Positions 32,801 to 46,616 of a DNA stretch of 64,000 bases are shown piece after piece. The notes under the pieces were generated by a model. The model ran no database searches. It was given only the letters and a program-made list of their open reading frames with translations, and was not told where the DNA came from. The translations under genes were made by a program, and so were the position numbers. This stretch comes from Sphaeroforma arctica JP610 (Eukaryota). The stretch is taken from positions 151,744 through 215,743 of the forward strand of contig NW_014040531.1 in the NCBI RefSeq assembly GCF_001186125.1, given 5' to 3'. The number at the start of each line of letters is the position of its first letter. Position 1 is the stretch's first letter.

Positions 32801-35800
32801 TTGCCTCCGACATGATGGCTACATCAGTACGGTTTGCTACTCCGCGCTGTATTGCGCGCTACTAATTCATTCAGTTTCCCGGTTGCTCTTTTCAGATCTA
32901 CCCACCCTCTGATGCATGACATGGTGCTTACAGGCACTCCCCGTCAGTCAAAGTTAGCGGTTCGAGTGTGGGCTGCGGCTACAGTCAACCCTGACGCGGC
33001 TTTCGATGAATTGCTTTCTGAGGTGAGGACTTGTGGTGTATTCGCGTGTGGTGTGGCAATACTCAAGTGTGGATCGCTGGCCGTGGTATAATCTTGTTGA
33101 TTAATATTCGCGTATGTTTGTGATATTACTCAAGCGTGAACCGTGGGCCCTGGCGAAGGTTGCTCAGTGTTATTTAATTATGTCTGGGACACTTGTTAAG
33201 TGTGAATCGTTGGCCGCGATAAGCGTGGAGTATTATTCGAGTATGTGTGATGCGTGTTCAGAGAACATTGTTGGCTGATTTTTGAGGCCGTTGTTACTAT
33301 CCGCTTGTGTGAGAGGTGGTATCAACAGTGAGTTAGCGCGCCACAAATGGACCAGCCAATACATATATTTGGTAGCATATCCGCTCACTATTACGTGTTG
33401 CTGTATCATAGGGAAATACATGTGTTGGCCATATTAATTTTACGATTAGACAATTAAGTTGTCACATCTAGAGAACTTGCATGATTATCGGGGCTGACAG
33501 GTTTATCATTGTCACACTGCGAGTATACGACGGTAACAGAGACGGACTAGCCCCTATTTTTATATGAATTTAAATCCCACAAACAATTTCAAATCGACTT
33601 CACCTATATATATACCCTCATTTTTTTTATTGTCACAGTTCGATTTCAACCCAAATCTTATCATCTTCCAAATCACCCAACAGCTGACATCACCTGCGCG
33701 CCTCACTTTCGATCACGCGTTGATCTGTACAACTCTATCAGCGCTGTCCACCATTGCCGTTGTCGCGCCGCGAGCGTTCGACGTGAACAGCGGCCCGGCT
33801 GTGCTGTTTGTAGTCAAAGATCTGCTTCAAAACAACCGGGTACGTAGTACTCTGGACCAGAATTGATCCTCATTTGTTTAAACCCTTCTGTTAATATTCC
33901 AATTGTTTGTCTATATCACAAGCGCGCATCGAAAGTTTATTGTGTGGTTCATTGCGCAGCTCCTGTTACTCCCTATTGGCTACAAGGATCCCCCACACGA
34001 GAGTGCATGCTGACCGCCCTTGCCGGAGAGCCTTGTTTTAACAACCAGTGTGTCAAGATCGCACTTGTATTTATCAATCGGAGCGAAAACGTAAATGGAC
34101 ACATACGATCATATGTGCCAATCTAGTAGCTATATATGCCTCGTATCCTTCGCTACATGCACAAGAGAAACTATGCAGGGAGCGTAGACTATCAGTACAT
34201 TACAATTATAATATCGAAATATTCCTTCTAAACGCACGTATCTCATTCAAATAACCTTATCTCCCCACCGTCCATCTCAGACCGCTGAAACAGGGGACAC
34301 AGATCATAAGGAGATTGACGCAAAAGTGTTGGGTGTGAAACTGCTAGTAAAGCGACTAATCGGCATGGATGCCCGTGCATCAATTGCTTCGGAGGAAGAG
34401 GAGAACAAATCAGTAGATGTAAGTTTTTCTTCGTGAATTAAATGCGTTTTTATCAGGCTCTGGCACTAGTATATATATTTGCCTTTGAGTGCAGGGCGCT
34501 GATATCTGCGAGATCAAAGTAGTTCATGGCCACATGATTGCGAACAAAGCATGCTACTCAACTTTCATCAATACACAGAAAAATATGTACTCTTCAGGAA
34601 TACAGGGTTTGAAATTATTTCAGCAAATTGCACTATCATTCACCATTAAAGTATATTCTCATCGCTGTCTTACTTCTGACTGGTTTTGTATTATGATTTT
34701 TTACTTTCAGGCGTTCAAAATCACAAACAAGCTCCTGAGAGCACTTATCGCAAATAAGCGGTTTTGTCGTGATCCAATGAGGTAGGTGTTCCGATACATT
34801 TGTATAAATGTGTACTTTTACCGGGACATGAATCAAGATGTACATGGTGTTGACTGTTTACTGATGCCATACGAATCATAAGAGAGCTGCTGGCTATTGC
34901 CGATGCAGGGAGATCGCTATTGCCGAAAAGAGAGCTCGCTATTGCCAATGTATTGAACTCAAATGATTGCGATCACACCGATGTAATATTCTGGTTTTTA
35001 TCTAATATCAGCCTATCTTTGTAGTTTATTGTGAAATTGGTGGTAGCCAATTGGAGAAAATGTATTTGACGCTCAAGTGTGTGCATTCTCGGTGAATAAC
35101 CCACCGTGTAGATTTAGTACCACACGTTTGTTATTTGAGTGTGACAATGCCTGTCGTTATGTAGAAAATTATATATTTGATGTTCTCTTCTACCCTCCAT
35201 GTGCCACTTAGTTTTTTTTTCAGTCATCTCGAAGCATTGAATAGTTGGATAACTACGTCAATCGATCCCCGATTCATCATATCAGACAAGGCATATAAAA
35301 AGTATCTTCCTACTTCACTTATGATGACTTATCTTCAAACTACCCCTTATCACCACCCTATTAGCAATTATATTACTTCCTCCAACTATATTACTTCCTT
35401 TTCCATATTCTGTGAAGCCAAGAGAGGCTGCAGGTCATACACGCTCTCACCGAAGTTTACCTCACGTATGGTCACAGTCAACTGGCGCATCCTTTTGCCT
35501 CTGTATACGCAGTGAGGAGGATGATGCTAAGTTGCGATTGGTAGGTGCTAGCGGGTACCTGAAGGTGGCCATGTGCAAGTCATACAAACCTCTTCTTCCA
35601 GCAAGTCAAATGGATCTGCTGGCCCTGACTATGGAGGTGTGTGCGTGTTCGTGTGTGCAAGTGATGTATGTGGGAGTGTGCTTAGCTTAAAATCGGTCAA
35701 TTCTAGTATGATGAAATAGTTCGTTCGAGTTTTAGGGTGCACGAAAATTTGTTTGGCTTGTTGCGCGATTTGTGCTCAGATTTGAGTGTATTATTTGCTA

Positions 35801-38252
35801 TCCTATATAGGGGCATGTGGCTATGGGAATTCGCCTATATGCATCTGGTATTTAACTACCTTATAAACTGATGACATATCAGGCAAATGGCTATTCACAC
35901 TATGTGGGGTTTGATGAATAGTCAATGGTAGACGATATGAAATGCGATTCTCTGGTTGGCTCATATATATAGTGTGTCATTTGTTCTTTTAAGCAGTGCA
36001 CGTCTGAGGTATTTTGCTAAACTCTGCCTTAAATTGTGGCTTTAAAGCCGAAGTGAATATTTGGTCAAGCACCACGCTAAGGCAATTTCAAGCTGCAAGC
36101 ATTGCCCCAAGACAGAATATTGCTTGTGAATATGTAAAGACTATAACTACAAATCTGCAGAAATAGCAAGATAAATATAGCAGGAAAATTGATTATTCTG
36201 ACAGTGACATGCAACTGTTCTTCCTGGTTTGTATCACTATGGTAGGATCCAGAGGAGAGCGTCCGAGAAGGCTTCAGCAAGAAGCTTATACGAGGTATGT
36301 CCACAAGTTTACATTTGATTGTCATGATAATTCATTGCTGGATGCTGCATATGAGGACTATAGACTGGAGGTTCTTTGTGGATTTGCTTTTCCTCACCAA
36401 GCATGGAATTCTATAGTACAAATAAACTCCGCAGTTTCGCCAAGGCTTGATATTTATATTAATAATTCATAATATACGCAGGTTTATTCTCAATGAAGTT
36501 AGATATCAACTTCCTGGCTCTGGTGCCCATCGCCGCACTCGATCCGAACGAGAATCTACAAAAATCCGCGCGTGCATCTTACGTTAAGATAGTGGAGAAG
36601 TATAAGCAGATCAGCGCACAGCTGAAGGCCAGTGGAACTAGTACGTACACCTATACTTGACTTTCTGTGAAACTGTTTGTAAAACACGTGTGTATACAAT
36701 ATCTGAGCTATCTTTTGTGTGTGCATAAGTTAGTGAGTGTCCATCTACGCAATCCTTTTTTAGACCGTGTACTTGAAGAGTTACTTGTGCGTTCGTGAAT
36801 TTACATATGCGTAGCATGTCCCCGAATCGCTACTTGAAAACCTCAAATTGCAGTTGTTGAGACTTCGACCGAACAACGCATCTCCGTCGATTGTTTAGTT
36901 GCACTATAGTGTGAGATCATGTATTTACGATATTGGGCTATCCGAGTTCCCTTTTGTGCATCACTCGAGTCATACAATGATAGATTTGCTGGCTAGTTCG
37001 GCGCGAATCGCTACAACAGCTTTTTTGCTTGTGTTCGCCCTTCCAGAACTTCTATTCTAGTCAAAGTATCATGCACAGCGACTCCTGAAATACGGGACCT
37101 ATTTGTCGGGATGTCTTTCTTTTAACAATATATTAGTTCTCTGTTCGATAGCAGACCTCGATATTTACTAACGACCCAACAGCTGTTAAGGGGTAAAAAC
37201 GCTTTGACTACTCAATATACTTGGTTCGAGTATAATTTCTTCCTTTAAGCAGTTGTAGACAAGCTTGTAGCGCTGACACAGATGTGCACAAAATTCGCTG
37301 TGTGTAGTTCCACGTTTGTGGCCATGGCACACCTACCGGGCATTCATGCATGAAATACTCACGCCGCTATCGATATGTACACAACTTGCACAACCCCTAC
37401 TCCTGACGTCATATAATGACAATTCCAATTCTGTAACACGTTCTAAAATTTAAAATAATCAAATCAAATTCGCCGCAGATGAGCAGGTGCTGCACCGGTT
37501 CCGGCCGGAGCTATCGCTTCCCGTGCTTTTGTCAGTCATTGCACACAGGTGGGTATGAGATCCACACTTCACATAATCGTGCGGTCGTCTTATACGAACT
37601 GCTTTTGAAATCCTGATTCTCGTTGCAGTCTTATGTTCGGCTATCCTCCTTCGTGGCGTAGATGGGCACCTTGTCCATATGTGGGATACACGCCTTGTTT
37701 TATTTGAATAGCTGACAGAAGCTGGGAAAAAGTGATGTGAGGACTGTTTTGTAAACCCTAAACCCTAAAACATAAACCCTAAAACCTAAGCCCTAAACCC
37801 TAAACCCTAAACATACACAATTAGGACAATAATGTCGTGATCCATATATATGTCGATTGTATTTGTCATAGTCGACGTTTTTCTTCTCTTGTAGCTTTTT
37901 GAAGCATAACAGTTCACCCTACCAAATATGGCATCAATGCATACGCCCGTAACAGAGAGGAGGATGGCAGTGAAGAGGAACGCATTCAGTCTGCGGTAAA
38001 AATACTTACGTTCTGTCTAGATGTACTCACGCATCACGAAAAAGGATCTCAGGGCGAGAGCTACGACTACTTGCACACTATAGTGGCACGTGTGAAGAAC
38101 TGCAAGGATGTTCTCAAAGAGGAGTCTGAGGTATACACTTACGTTCCCAACATATTTATTTTCATATATATGTATATATATGCATATATATTATGAAGTA
38201 TATATATATATACANNNNNNNNNNNNNNNNNNNNATATATATATATAACATT

Positions 38253-38283
<31 letters not shown>

Positions 38284-41200
38284 ATGCATATATTCATTCA
38301 TTTACGTTTACATTTACATATACATCGAAATACCGATATGATCATATATCTACACGTTATCTGGAAAGTTTCTGACATTGAGCAATAATGGATACGAGAA
38401 TTGATTTAGGACTTGTACGTTGTTTGCGACCTCGCGACGTTGATGATCACCAACTGCGCACACCGGAACATCAAGAACTGGATTATACAGCCGTTTCCCT
38501 CAAAAATCAAACTACCCTCTGGCTTCTTCTCTATGGATCGGAAGGTGTGTACTATTGTCATAACCTCCAGACATGTACGGATTGAATGCATGCAGAGTAA
38601 ACCGGACCCAACTACAGCTTGTAAAATTACCACGGCGCAATACTTAATCGGAGTGTATTTATAGTGTCTCATGCTCGACTGCAAGATGAAAGCTCTCGTA
38701 CTACTCAAAACCGATAGCTCGGATCGGAAGGTGTGTGCTATAGTGCTAAACTCCAGACAAGCTCGGATTGAATTCATGCAGAGTAACCCAGACCGAATGT
38801 TTGCTTGTAAAATTCTCAGTGCGCAACATTTGTTATGTTATTATAAATATCTCCTGCTCGACTACAAGATGAGAACTCACGTACTACGCAAAAGCGACAG
38901 CTCGTAGCTGTTTGAGAAGTGCTGACGACTACAGTAGTGTCGTGAGGAGCGACTTATTCTTTCAAAATGCGATCTCGTTGAACCGCAAGATGTTTTCTGT
39001 TGCTGGGTGCTGTTTCTCAACCCACCACCAGATTGTGATCTCATTTTCTTTGTTGATATAGTTTTTTAAGATGATAGGACGCAAGCCAGGGGTCATATTT
39101 AGTTATGATAGCAATACATGTGCATGTCTCAAGGGTCGGAAGTAGAAATCATTGCTCTGTGGTTGGGTGGAGAATCCAGTGGAATCTTGTTATATGGCTT
39201 GTGATGTGCTGTATTGATACGTTTCTGTTTGCGCGTATCGAGGCATGGGCTATTCACGGTTGCTCCACAATGTTTAGTCTCGAGGAAGTACGGCATCTTC
39301 TGATGCGTTCGTAATCCGTGTAGATCTACAGTTTAGGGGTGCCTAGTTCGAAATTCCGACCAATTGCATGCATTTCGGTAGTTATACTATTTTATAAAAA
39401 AGGTCACTCAAACTAAACCACCAAAATCATTGACCACATAGGCGGCAGCGAATAACCAGTCGTATCTTCCGGCAGATTTTGAACTGGGAGAAACAAAGGT
39501 ATAATAGCTAAGGCTGATTGCTACCATAATTCTATGTGTGACGAATTCTTCCTGTGCGCGCATATGGAGGTGTTTGGAATTTTGACATAGTTGTATAGTC
39601 TATACTTTTACAATCCTTCTGTTATCGGACTTCATTTAAAGATTCAAAGCTATCTTTGCTATAGAAAATAGGTTTAATTCTTGCAAGCATGAGATTTCTT
39701 TATCTTTGTCGACTGGGTATGCTGACGACCAAGACTTGCTCTATATGTTCATTCACGGATTCTGGAGTCTGCTAGATAACAAACTCTTCATATCAATGGT
39801 TTTCACTTTGTCTGCCTGTCTGCTTGAATTTTTGCGCACAGTGATTTTACACACATCTGTATTTTAAAGCAAATCATCTTCGCAATGTGTATAAACCAGG
39901 AAAAAGCAGTCATAAAGAACAGCAAGGCGAAGACAAAAGCGATCACCCCCAAGTCAAATCTCACGAAGAAAGTCACAAAACTTGCCGCCGCGAATAGTAT
40001 GGCGACAAAGAGAAAACGCATAGATTCTCTTACCAAAGCACCACAAGTGAAGAAGGAAAAGATCCCTGTAGCGGCGTCGCGAAGGTTAGTTGATAAACTA
40101 ATTTAAATCGAGATGCGATATTTTGTATGCGTGTGTCTGTAGATCTGAGGGTGTGAAATTCTGAGTTGATTCAGGTTTAATTGTAGATCAATCATGTAGT
40201 AAGTGTGAATATATCCGCCTGTGGCGACCCGATAATTGTAGTTCAAGGATTCAAAATGTATCACTGGCTTTGTCACGGTATGACAATTTTAATATTCTTC
40301 GGAAGATATTTGTAGTTGGCATTGCTACACATGTAGATAAGCTACCGCTCCTACGGGCTTTCATATTTCGGATATTGCTAAATTTTAATAATATCAAGTA
40401 TCAGCAAACACTTACGCATATTTATCACCTGTACCTACAGACAAGCACCGCGGGGAGCGAAGCCCGCGATCGGAACTATGAAGGTGCATTCCAAGTCAGA
40501 AAGTGATGAGGAAACGGACGATAACCTCACAACCAAGAAGGACCAACGCGGCAAAAATGTACCAGATCAATCGGTGGTTGAGTACGACGAGAGTGAGAGC
40601 GAGGTGGACGATGAAACATCGCCGCCGAAGAAGAAAGCGAAACGGGTAACCAATGGGAAAGTCAAAGGAAACGATAAGGCTGACCTAGGGGCAGGTGAGT
40701 TGATTAGATATGGCTTTGTACGCAGAACTAGGTATATTGACCAATAATCTACCGGAGCATGCGGATACAATATTATATATATATGTATGTATGTATGTAT
40801 GCATACATGTATGTGTATATATATGTGTGTGTGTGTGTATATGTCCATATATCTATATATCTATTACTGTATGATAACATTGTATTATATGCACGTATCT
40901 GCTGATTGATAGGTCCAAGTAGCGAACGTGCGAACGTGTGCAAATAAATATTTTATGAACACCTATGCAGTAGGAGGGAGTACTTTTTGGTAGGTTATAG
41001 TGTTGCCGTTGTTTGTTACCACTATGTGGTGATTGTATCCATGCATAGTTTATTGTTTTTGAAATGTACAACACCAGTTATCAACGAATTTTTTACCATT
41101 GCAAATGTGAGCGCGGTATTTGAAAATGATGAAGAAAACGGCTCCCGAGTTCTCCGAAGCACAGTATTATTTCGACCTCGGTTAGCACTAACATTTGATA

Positions 41201-43370
41201 CGTTTGCTGCTGGTCGAGTGGCGTTTCAAGGTATTTGCGATAGAGAAAGATTCTCCTTTCGAGGTAAAAGCATAAACCCCGCAATAAAATCCTCAGACGT
41301 GCATATATATATATATATAATTCCTCAGTACAAGTACATCCGACATGCATATTCTTAGCTTCTGATGCAGTTTCTGTCTGGACCATATAATAGGCTTCCA
41401 ATGGCAACCCACTCTCACAAGTTCAGCAACATCGCACTCTCAGAGCCCGATCGAAGCCGAAGGTATGTGACTTGATTGGGCTTATTTTTTTGTTTAAACT
41501 CGCATGGACAGCATGCCGAGCTCTGCCCATACAGCTGATCAAGATGTTGATTTTTGCCTATTTTGGTGTGTAACTTATTGGTGTGTTGCAGATGGGTTGC
41601 TAAAGTCACCCCACAAGCCAAAAGCGCATGGGAAAGTAGGTGCGAAAGCAAAATCTAAAGCCAAACCCAAACACAAGGCGAAGAAGGCCTCAGCGCTACA
41701 TCCACGCAAGCGGAAGAATCAACTAGAGGCCAAAGAAGGTAACTGTCGTATTATTGTCGTGCAATCTCCAAAGGTAATCGCGAGCTTCATTGCCCAAAAG
41801 AATTTGTACTGCAACCATTATTTGATTGTATCCCGATGCTATTAACATTGTTTGAGTGTGACCAACTTACTTGGACAAAGGTTTCAACTCCTCAAGTTGC
41901 AATATACATCCAACTTATGGAAATGTCACTTGCAAGTAATACGATACGTGTTCCAATGTAAAAATTAGAAAAACCGGCCTGTCTTTCCAATAAATTTGAA
42001 ATCGAGTTCCGGAGTTTTTCTTGTCGCCTCTGAGTCATATTGTCATATATCTTGCTGTGATGCAGCTTTATGCCTCAATGAACGCAATAAACACAATGGC
42101 ACCTGGAATAATCGCAAAGAGTATTGAAGCAATCACAATTTGTATTTAGTACGGCCTACGTTACTCTACCCCAAATTACACACTTTTCATAGCATATCAT
42201 TGCTTCCAACCATGCGCTAAATTCGGGTACCCGCCGCTGCAAACACACATACAGACAGTGAAATCAACAGTGCGAGCGACGAAGAAACGAGTGAGAGTCA
42301 ATATTCAAAAAGTCCTGCCAAAAATATCAGTAGGAAAATTGAAGACGAAATTGATGGAGATGATAGCGAGGACGAAAATGTGCGAGGCAAAGCTCTCTAC
42401 GACACAGCCATTGAGGAGAAAGAGATTGACATACACGCCCCAAGGCAGATGAGAAGCCGGCCTGTATGTACTTATTTGATGGTTCTTGCGTGTTTATAGT
42501 TCAAGTTATTTTGTACGGCTTACGTTTAATCAAGTTTAGGCTTTGAGACTGGTACCCTGGGTTTTTGTGTTAGTGTTTAGTTTGCCGATTAAACTAAATG
42601 TTGTTGAACTGGGTGTAAGATCCTCGAGACAGACAAGTATCAGGCATGCATCTACCTCCCAAGTACCCGTGGAAAGTGTTGTATGCATTCATGGCATAGA
42701 CAATTGGTTCCTATCCTCATGGATTTCGTTCATAAGTTAAAAGCGCTTAGATCGCTTGGATGAGGGTCGTATATATATACCCGAGTATGACTGTGGCGAA
42801 TTCGAAGGCCTATAGACGGAAGTTAGCCGGTTTGAATGAATGTCTTTATACCAGCTTGTATTCGCACAATGCAACCAGCACGAAAATTGTACCCTCCGTG
42901 ATAGTCTTACAAACTTCCTATGATCCATATAAATGCGCAGACATTGGCCTCGAGTGCACAGAAAGTCAGCTCGAACAAATCATCTCCGAAGTTTCTAGCA
43001 AAGAGACTCGCCAAGGCGAGTGTGGCAACCACTGCCGCAGCTGAGAAAGCCAAGGCTAACTTCACTACGACAAAGTCACAGGTATGTGCGCTCTCAGAAT
43101 GTACGAGGATGCCTGCGTGTGTAGCAGCTGGCTGATTTTGTGAAGCTTGTGGCTATACATGCATACACACACACGATAGTATGAAACTTGTGCGAGTCAT
43201 GCTCGGAAGTATTGATACAAACCTGCGGTACACTTTTTGCAACCAATTGCTAACACGATCGCGTTACGTTCATTTTAACAGGCTATGAGAACGTCGACTC
43301 TCAAGGTGACGGAGAAGGCTGGCGGAGATCACGATGCTAGCAATACCTTTGACAACGATGAAGGTCTGTA
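23802..43370 (+). CDS. PDS5: Sister chromatid cohesion protein PDS5 (HEAT-repeat cohesin regulator), about 30+ exons
   Basis: Exon 1 (23802-24398) encodes KEITGRISKDELLKRLK and LLKHKDKDVKIYVACCLAEVLRLYAPQTPY. Later phase-consistent exons give FFISQLRGLANHQSPYF, RLKDIEPAIR, RSKDKK, GTPRQSKLAVR, LALTMEDPEESVREGFSKKL, LYVVCDLA and IKLPSGFF, then an acidic/basic disordered tail. The stop at 43370 is tentative; another exon at 44105-44272 is possible. Confidence 0.93.
25214..25294. repeat. ~25-bp intronic tandem repeat, 3 copies
   Basis: TACTCGCTCAGGGTCTTGCAACTCG x3. Confidence 0.9.
28231..28334. repeat. 26-bp intronic tandem repeat, 4 copies
   Basis: GGTGCACTTTACATATGGGTTCATGG x4. Confidence 0.9.
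37752..37812 (-). repeat. Interstitial (TTTAGGG)n telomere-like tract in a PDS5 intron
   Basis: About 8 units of TAAACCC, some degenerate. Confidence 0.85.
38535..38905 (+). repeat. 186-bp diverged tandem duplication that includes a PDS5 exon end and splice donor
   Basis: GGATCGGAAG|GTGTGT at 38535 and 38721, followed by colinear similar sequence. Confidence 0.85.
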
Positions 43371-46300
43371 ACCTACGAATTGAACATCCCGATTAACGCA
43401 CAAATTGTTAGCACAGCACGAGTCGTAAGTTTTGTGCTGGTTGTTGCATGTTGTACTTTCAACCAAGCTTACTTGTGTCGAATTTCATGTTGACGTCTCC
43501 GACATCGTGTTTCAGATTTTCGTGTATTGTCTGCTCTTCTGTGGGGTGGACTACTTTACTACCTTCACAGTGCGACTTTGCTACCATTCCATACGTAATG
43601 TGATGCCTGTATGGCTCGTTTTGAAGGTCTTTTTTAATGTAAATTGCGGTTGATTAGTGATTTAAGTATGGGATCGTTACTCAAATGGGTGGTCGTGACA
43701 GCCTGGATCAAGTCAAATTTAAAAAAAGGGTATTCGTTTAAGGGGCTATTTGTCGTTTATTTAACAACGTGCAATTAGGGTTTTACATGAAATATAATGA
43801 GGTTTCCGATTTTTTATATAAGAAAGTCCTGCGTAGACCTTTTCTGAGTACCGGGTAGTTTACCTATAATTGTCGTATTGCGGCAGATTTAGTGATGTGA
43901 GCATGGGAACGTCAATTAAATAGTTGGATGTGGCAACCTGGATCAAGTCTCAAATATATGCGTATCTTCGATCGCTTGAAGGGCCATTTGTCTTGTATAT
44001 TACAACGTACTAAATTGATTCTTGCATTAAGTAGAATGAGGTTGCGGATCTCAGCATAAAATTCCTACGTATACAGACGAGTATTTTTCCCATGATTATT
44101 TTAGGCGAAAAAAAAACAATCCAAAGTCTCGAATCGGAAGCTAAACGGAGTGGGCACGAATCTCATGACAGATGCGAATGCCACAAATACAACAAAAGCT
44201 CAACAATCGTCCAATGCGAACAACCCCTCTGCGATGACAAGAAAACTCAGTCCAGAACTGGCTGTTGAACAGGTTGGCTTAACTTTGTGGGTCATAGTAC
44301 TCAGAAGTCTTTTGTACCCATCAGAATTCATATCAGATGTGCACCGTGCGGTATAGAGTAACAACTTTACTTCCACCACCTGTTTTACTCCAGATTATTA
44401 TTCCTCTTGAGAATCAATCTCATTTTATTTGTTATTCTGTATAACAGGATTTTGCACACCTGTTTTACTCAAGTTAAATAATCCTCTTGAGAAATGAATC
44501 TAATTTAACAATAGCATCCGATTTTTATATGTATAGCATATGTGTCTGGGTGTGATATATTGCAGTGCATAGCTAGTAGCAGGGTCCGAGATAGTAGAAA
44601 ATGAGCACACATCCTGCATATAGTTTGTCCAGAGGATGTTAACCGATAGTTTCTTCATAGTGAGAAGCGAGTATGTACAATGTGTATATAGCTATATTTT
44701 CGGTTCTAAAACTTCAAATGTAACAATTTTTTATCAGTACAATTAGAATCGACTGCGGTGACTTACAAGCAAATTATCAATTTTACTGGTACATTACCCA
44801 CTCAATTTTATTGGTACACTACCCGCAACGAGCGAATGCTGCTGACTATCATATCACTGCTAAAATTATAGACTTTAATCTTGATTCAATGAATTTACTT
44901 TTAATCTCTTCCTACCACATATAAATGTACAGCCTAGGTCTAAACGTCGAAATAGAACCGCGAGACAGTGAGCTTCCAGTCATCAGCAATTGATGTTCCA
45001 CGCGGTAATGAGATTATGTCAATACTACAGCGACATGTGAGGAGAGAGCGAGTCTGATCCGCACACCTTTATTGATTCTGGATTCTTTCACCCGGAATCA
45101 ACATTCTATGCGCAAAATTATGAATATCAAAGCAGAGTCGATATATACTGTATAAGCTACAGAACAATTCATGTTTAACGCGCTTGGAGCGTCGCCCGAG
45201 AACATGCCAGACTAACTATATCGCATACTCGATTTCTATATAATACACACGATAATCCTACTACTACAATGAATTTCTCTGACTATTTAAAGCTGTCTCG
45301 TGTTGGGTTGGCAATGTTTATTAGATTGTTGTTCGGTAAAACTTTGGACGAACAGGATAGCTTTGCAGACGGATTAGATTTTAATAGCGGTCGGCGAGTG
45401 TTTAGTAAATCCTACGACTGGGCTTCCTACCATAACAGATGCGGGCAATAATTTTTGAAGATCCTACGGTGCAGCCACAGAAAATTTCAGTAATTATCAC
45501 AGGCAGGGCAGAGAGATTCGACCATATATATTGTATCATCACCCGATTTATTTCTTTTCGTCCTTTTCCGATAAACAAATCTTATATATAAAATCAAACA
45601 CGATTCTATAATACATATATAATCAAACATGAATCTACAACAATGAAATTATCACAACACTTTCCAGAATTGAATTCTCTGGGTTGATATCTGTTTATCG
45701 CATTTGAAATTTGCATGGGTAAATCACGGAGAGTTCATTCATTTGAAGCTTTCATATCGTGTCATAGGGATATTGGTTGAATTGTATGTGTGATGTGCGT
45801 TTTCGACTGCGGTTATGATTTTATCATATTGATAGCACGGCCGCCGAGTTCGAGCATCATCAGATCAATCATTCTAGGCGCTCTAGGCGTCTTCTTTGCT
45901 CCTTTACTGTGATTTTCAGCGCCTTCGATGCTAGATTTTAGCTGTTCTCAGTAAATATTTAAAGCTAGTGCGAGCACGATAGATACGCTACCGATATTTA
46001 TAACGTACAGTATATAACTTCATTTTCCGCCTTTTTGAAAGATGTTAACATCCACACCGTCAACTTACACTGTACTTACGGCAATGAAGTTAGTCGGATA
46101 ACATCGAAGTCAACGGCACAGCGCAAAAGTGCACGTCACACTACTGGGATCAATTTTTGCGACAAATCTTGATGCCCGATACACATTCATAGAAAAAAAT
46201 TTTGTTTTTTAAGGGGGAGTAGGGTTCCAGGCCTGACTTTCTCCAGTTGTGGTGCCGAAGTCGGTCAGATGGCCCAGCGGGCTATAAAAGAAAGCATCTT

Positions 46301-46616
46301 GCGCCACTGCACAAATTTGGTGACCGTTGACAATTCATGTTGATACGTGCGCCACAGACACCTAAATTCATATTCACGCAAATGCTGAGGGAATTTATAT
46401 CAGTTTGATATTTACCTCACGGTACCTGAATGGCCAGATATACTTGATGTACGCTCACGGGAAGCATGCAAAATGTACACTCCCCCGCATTTGTGATTAG
46501 CGAGAGGCTGTCAGCCACATGTATTTGTCAAGGTGTTATAAAACTTTATAATATTCTACTAAATACAACCCATATGCTATTATACTGCATGCAACCCACG
46601 ATCATCGGTCCAAAGT

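Noticed and set aside
35708..35790. Intronic C-box-like ATGATGA suggesting a C/D snoRNA
   Set aside because: No matching CTGA D box or terminal stem at a suitable distance.
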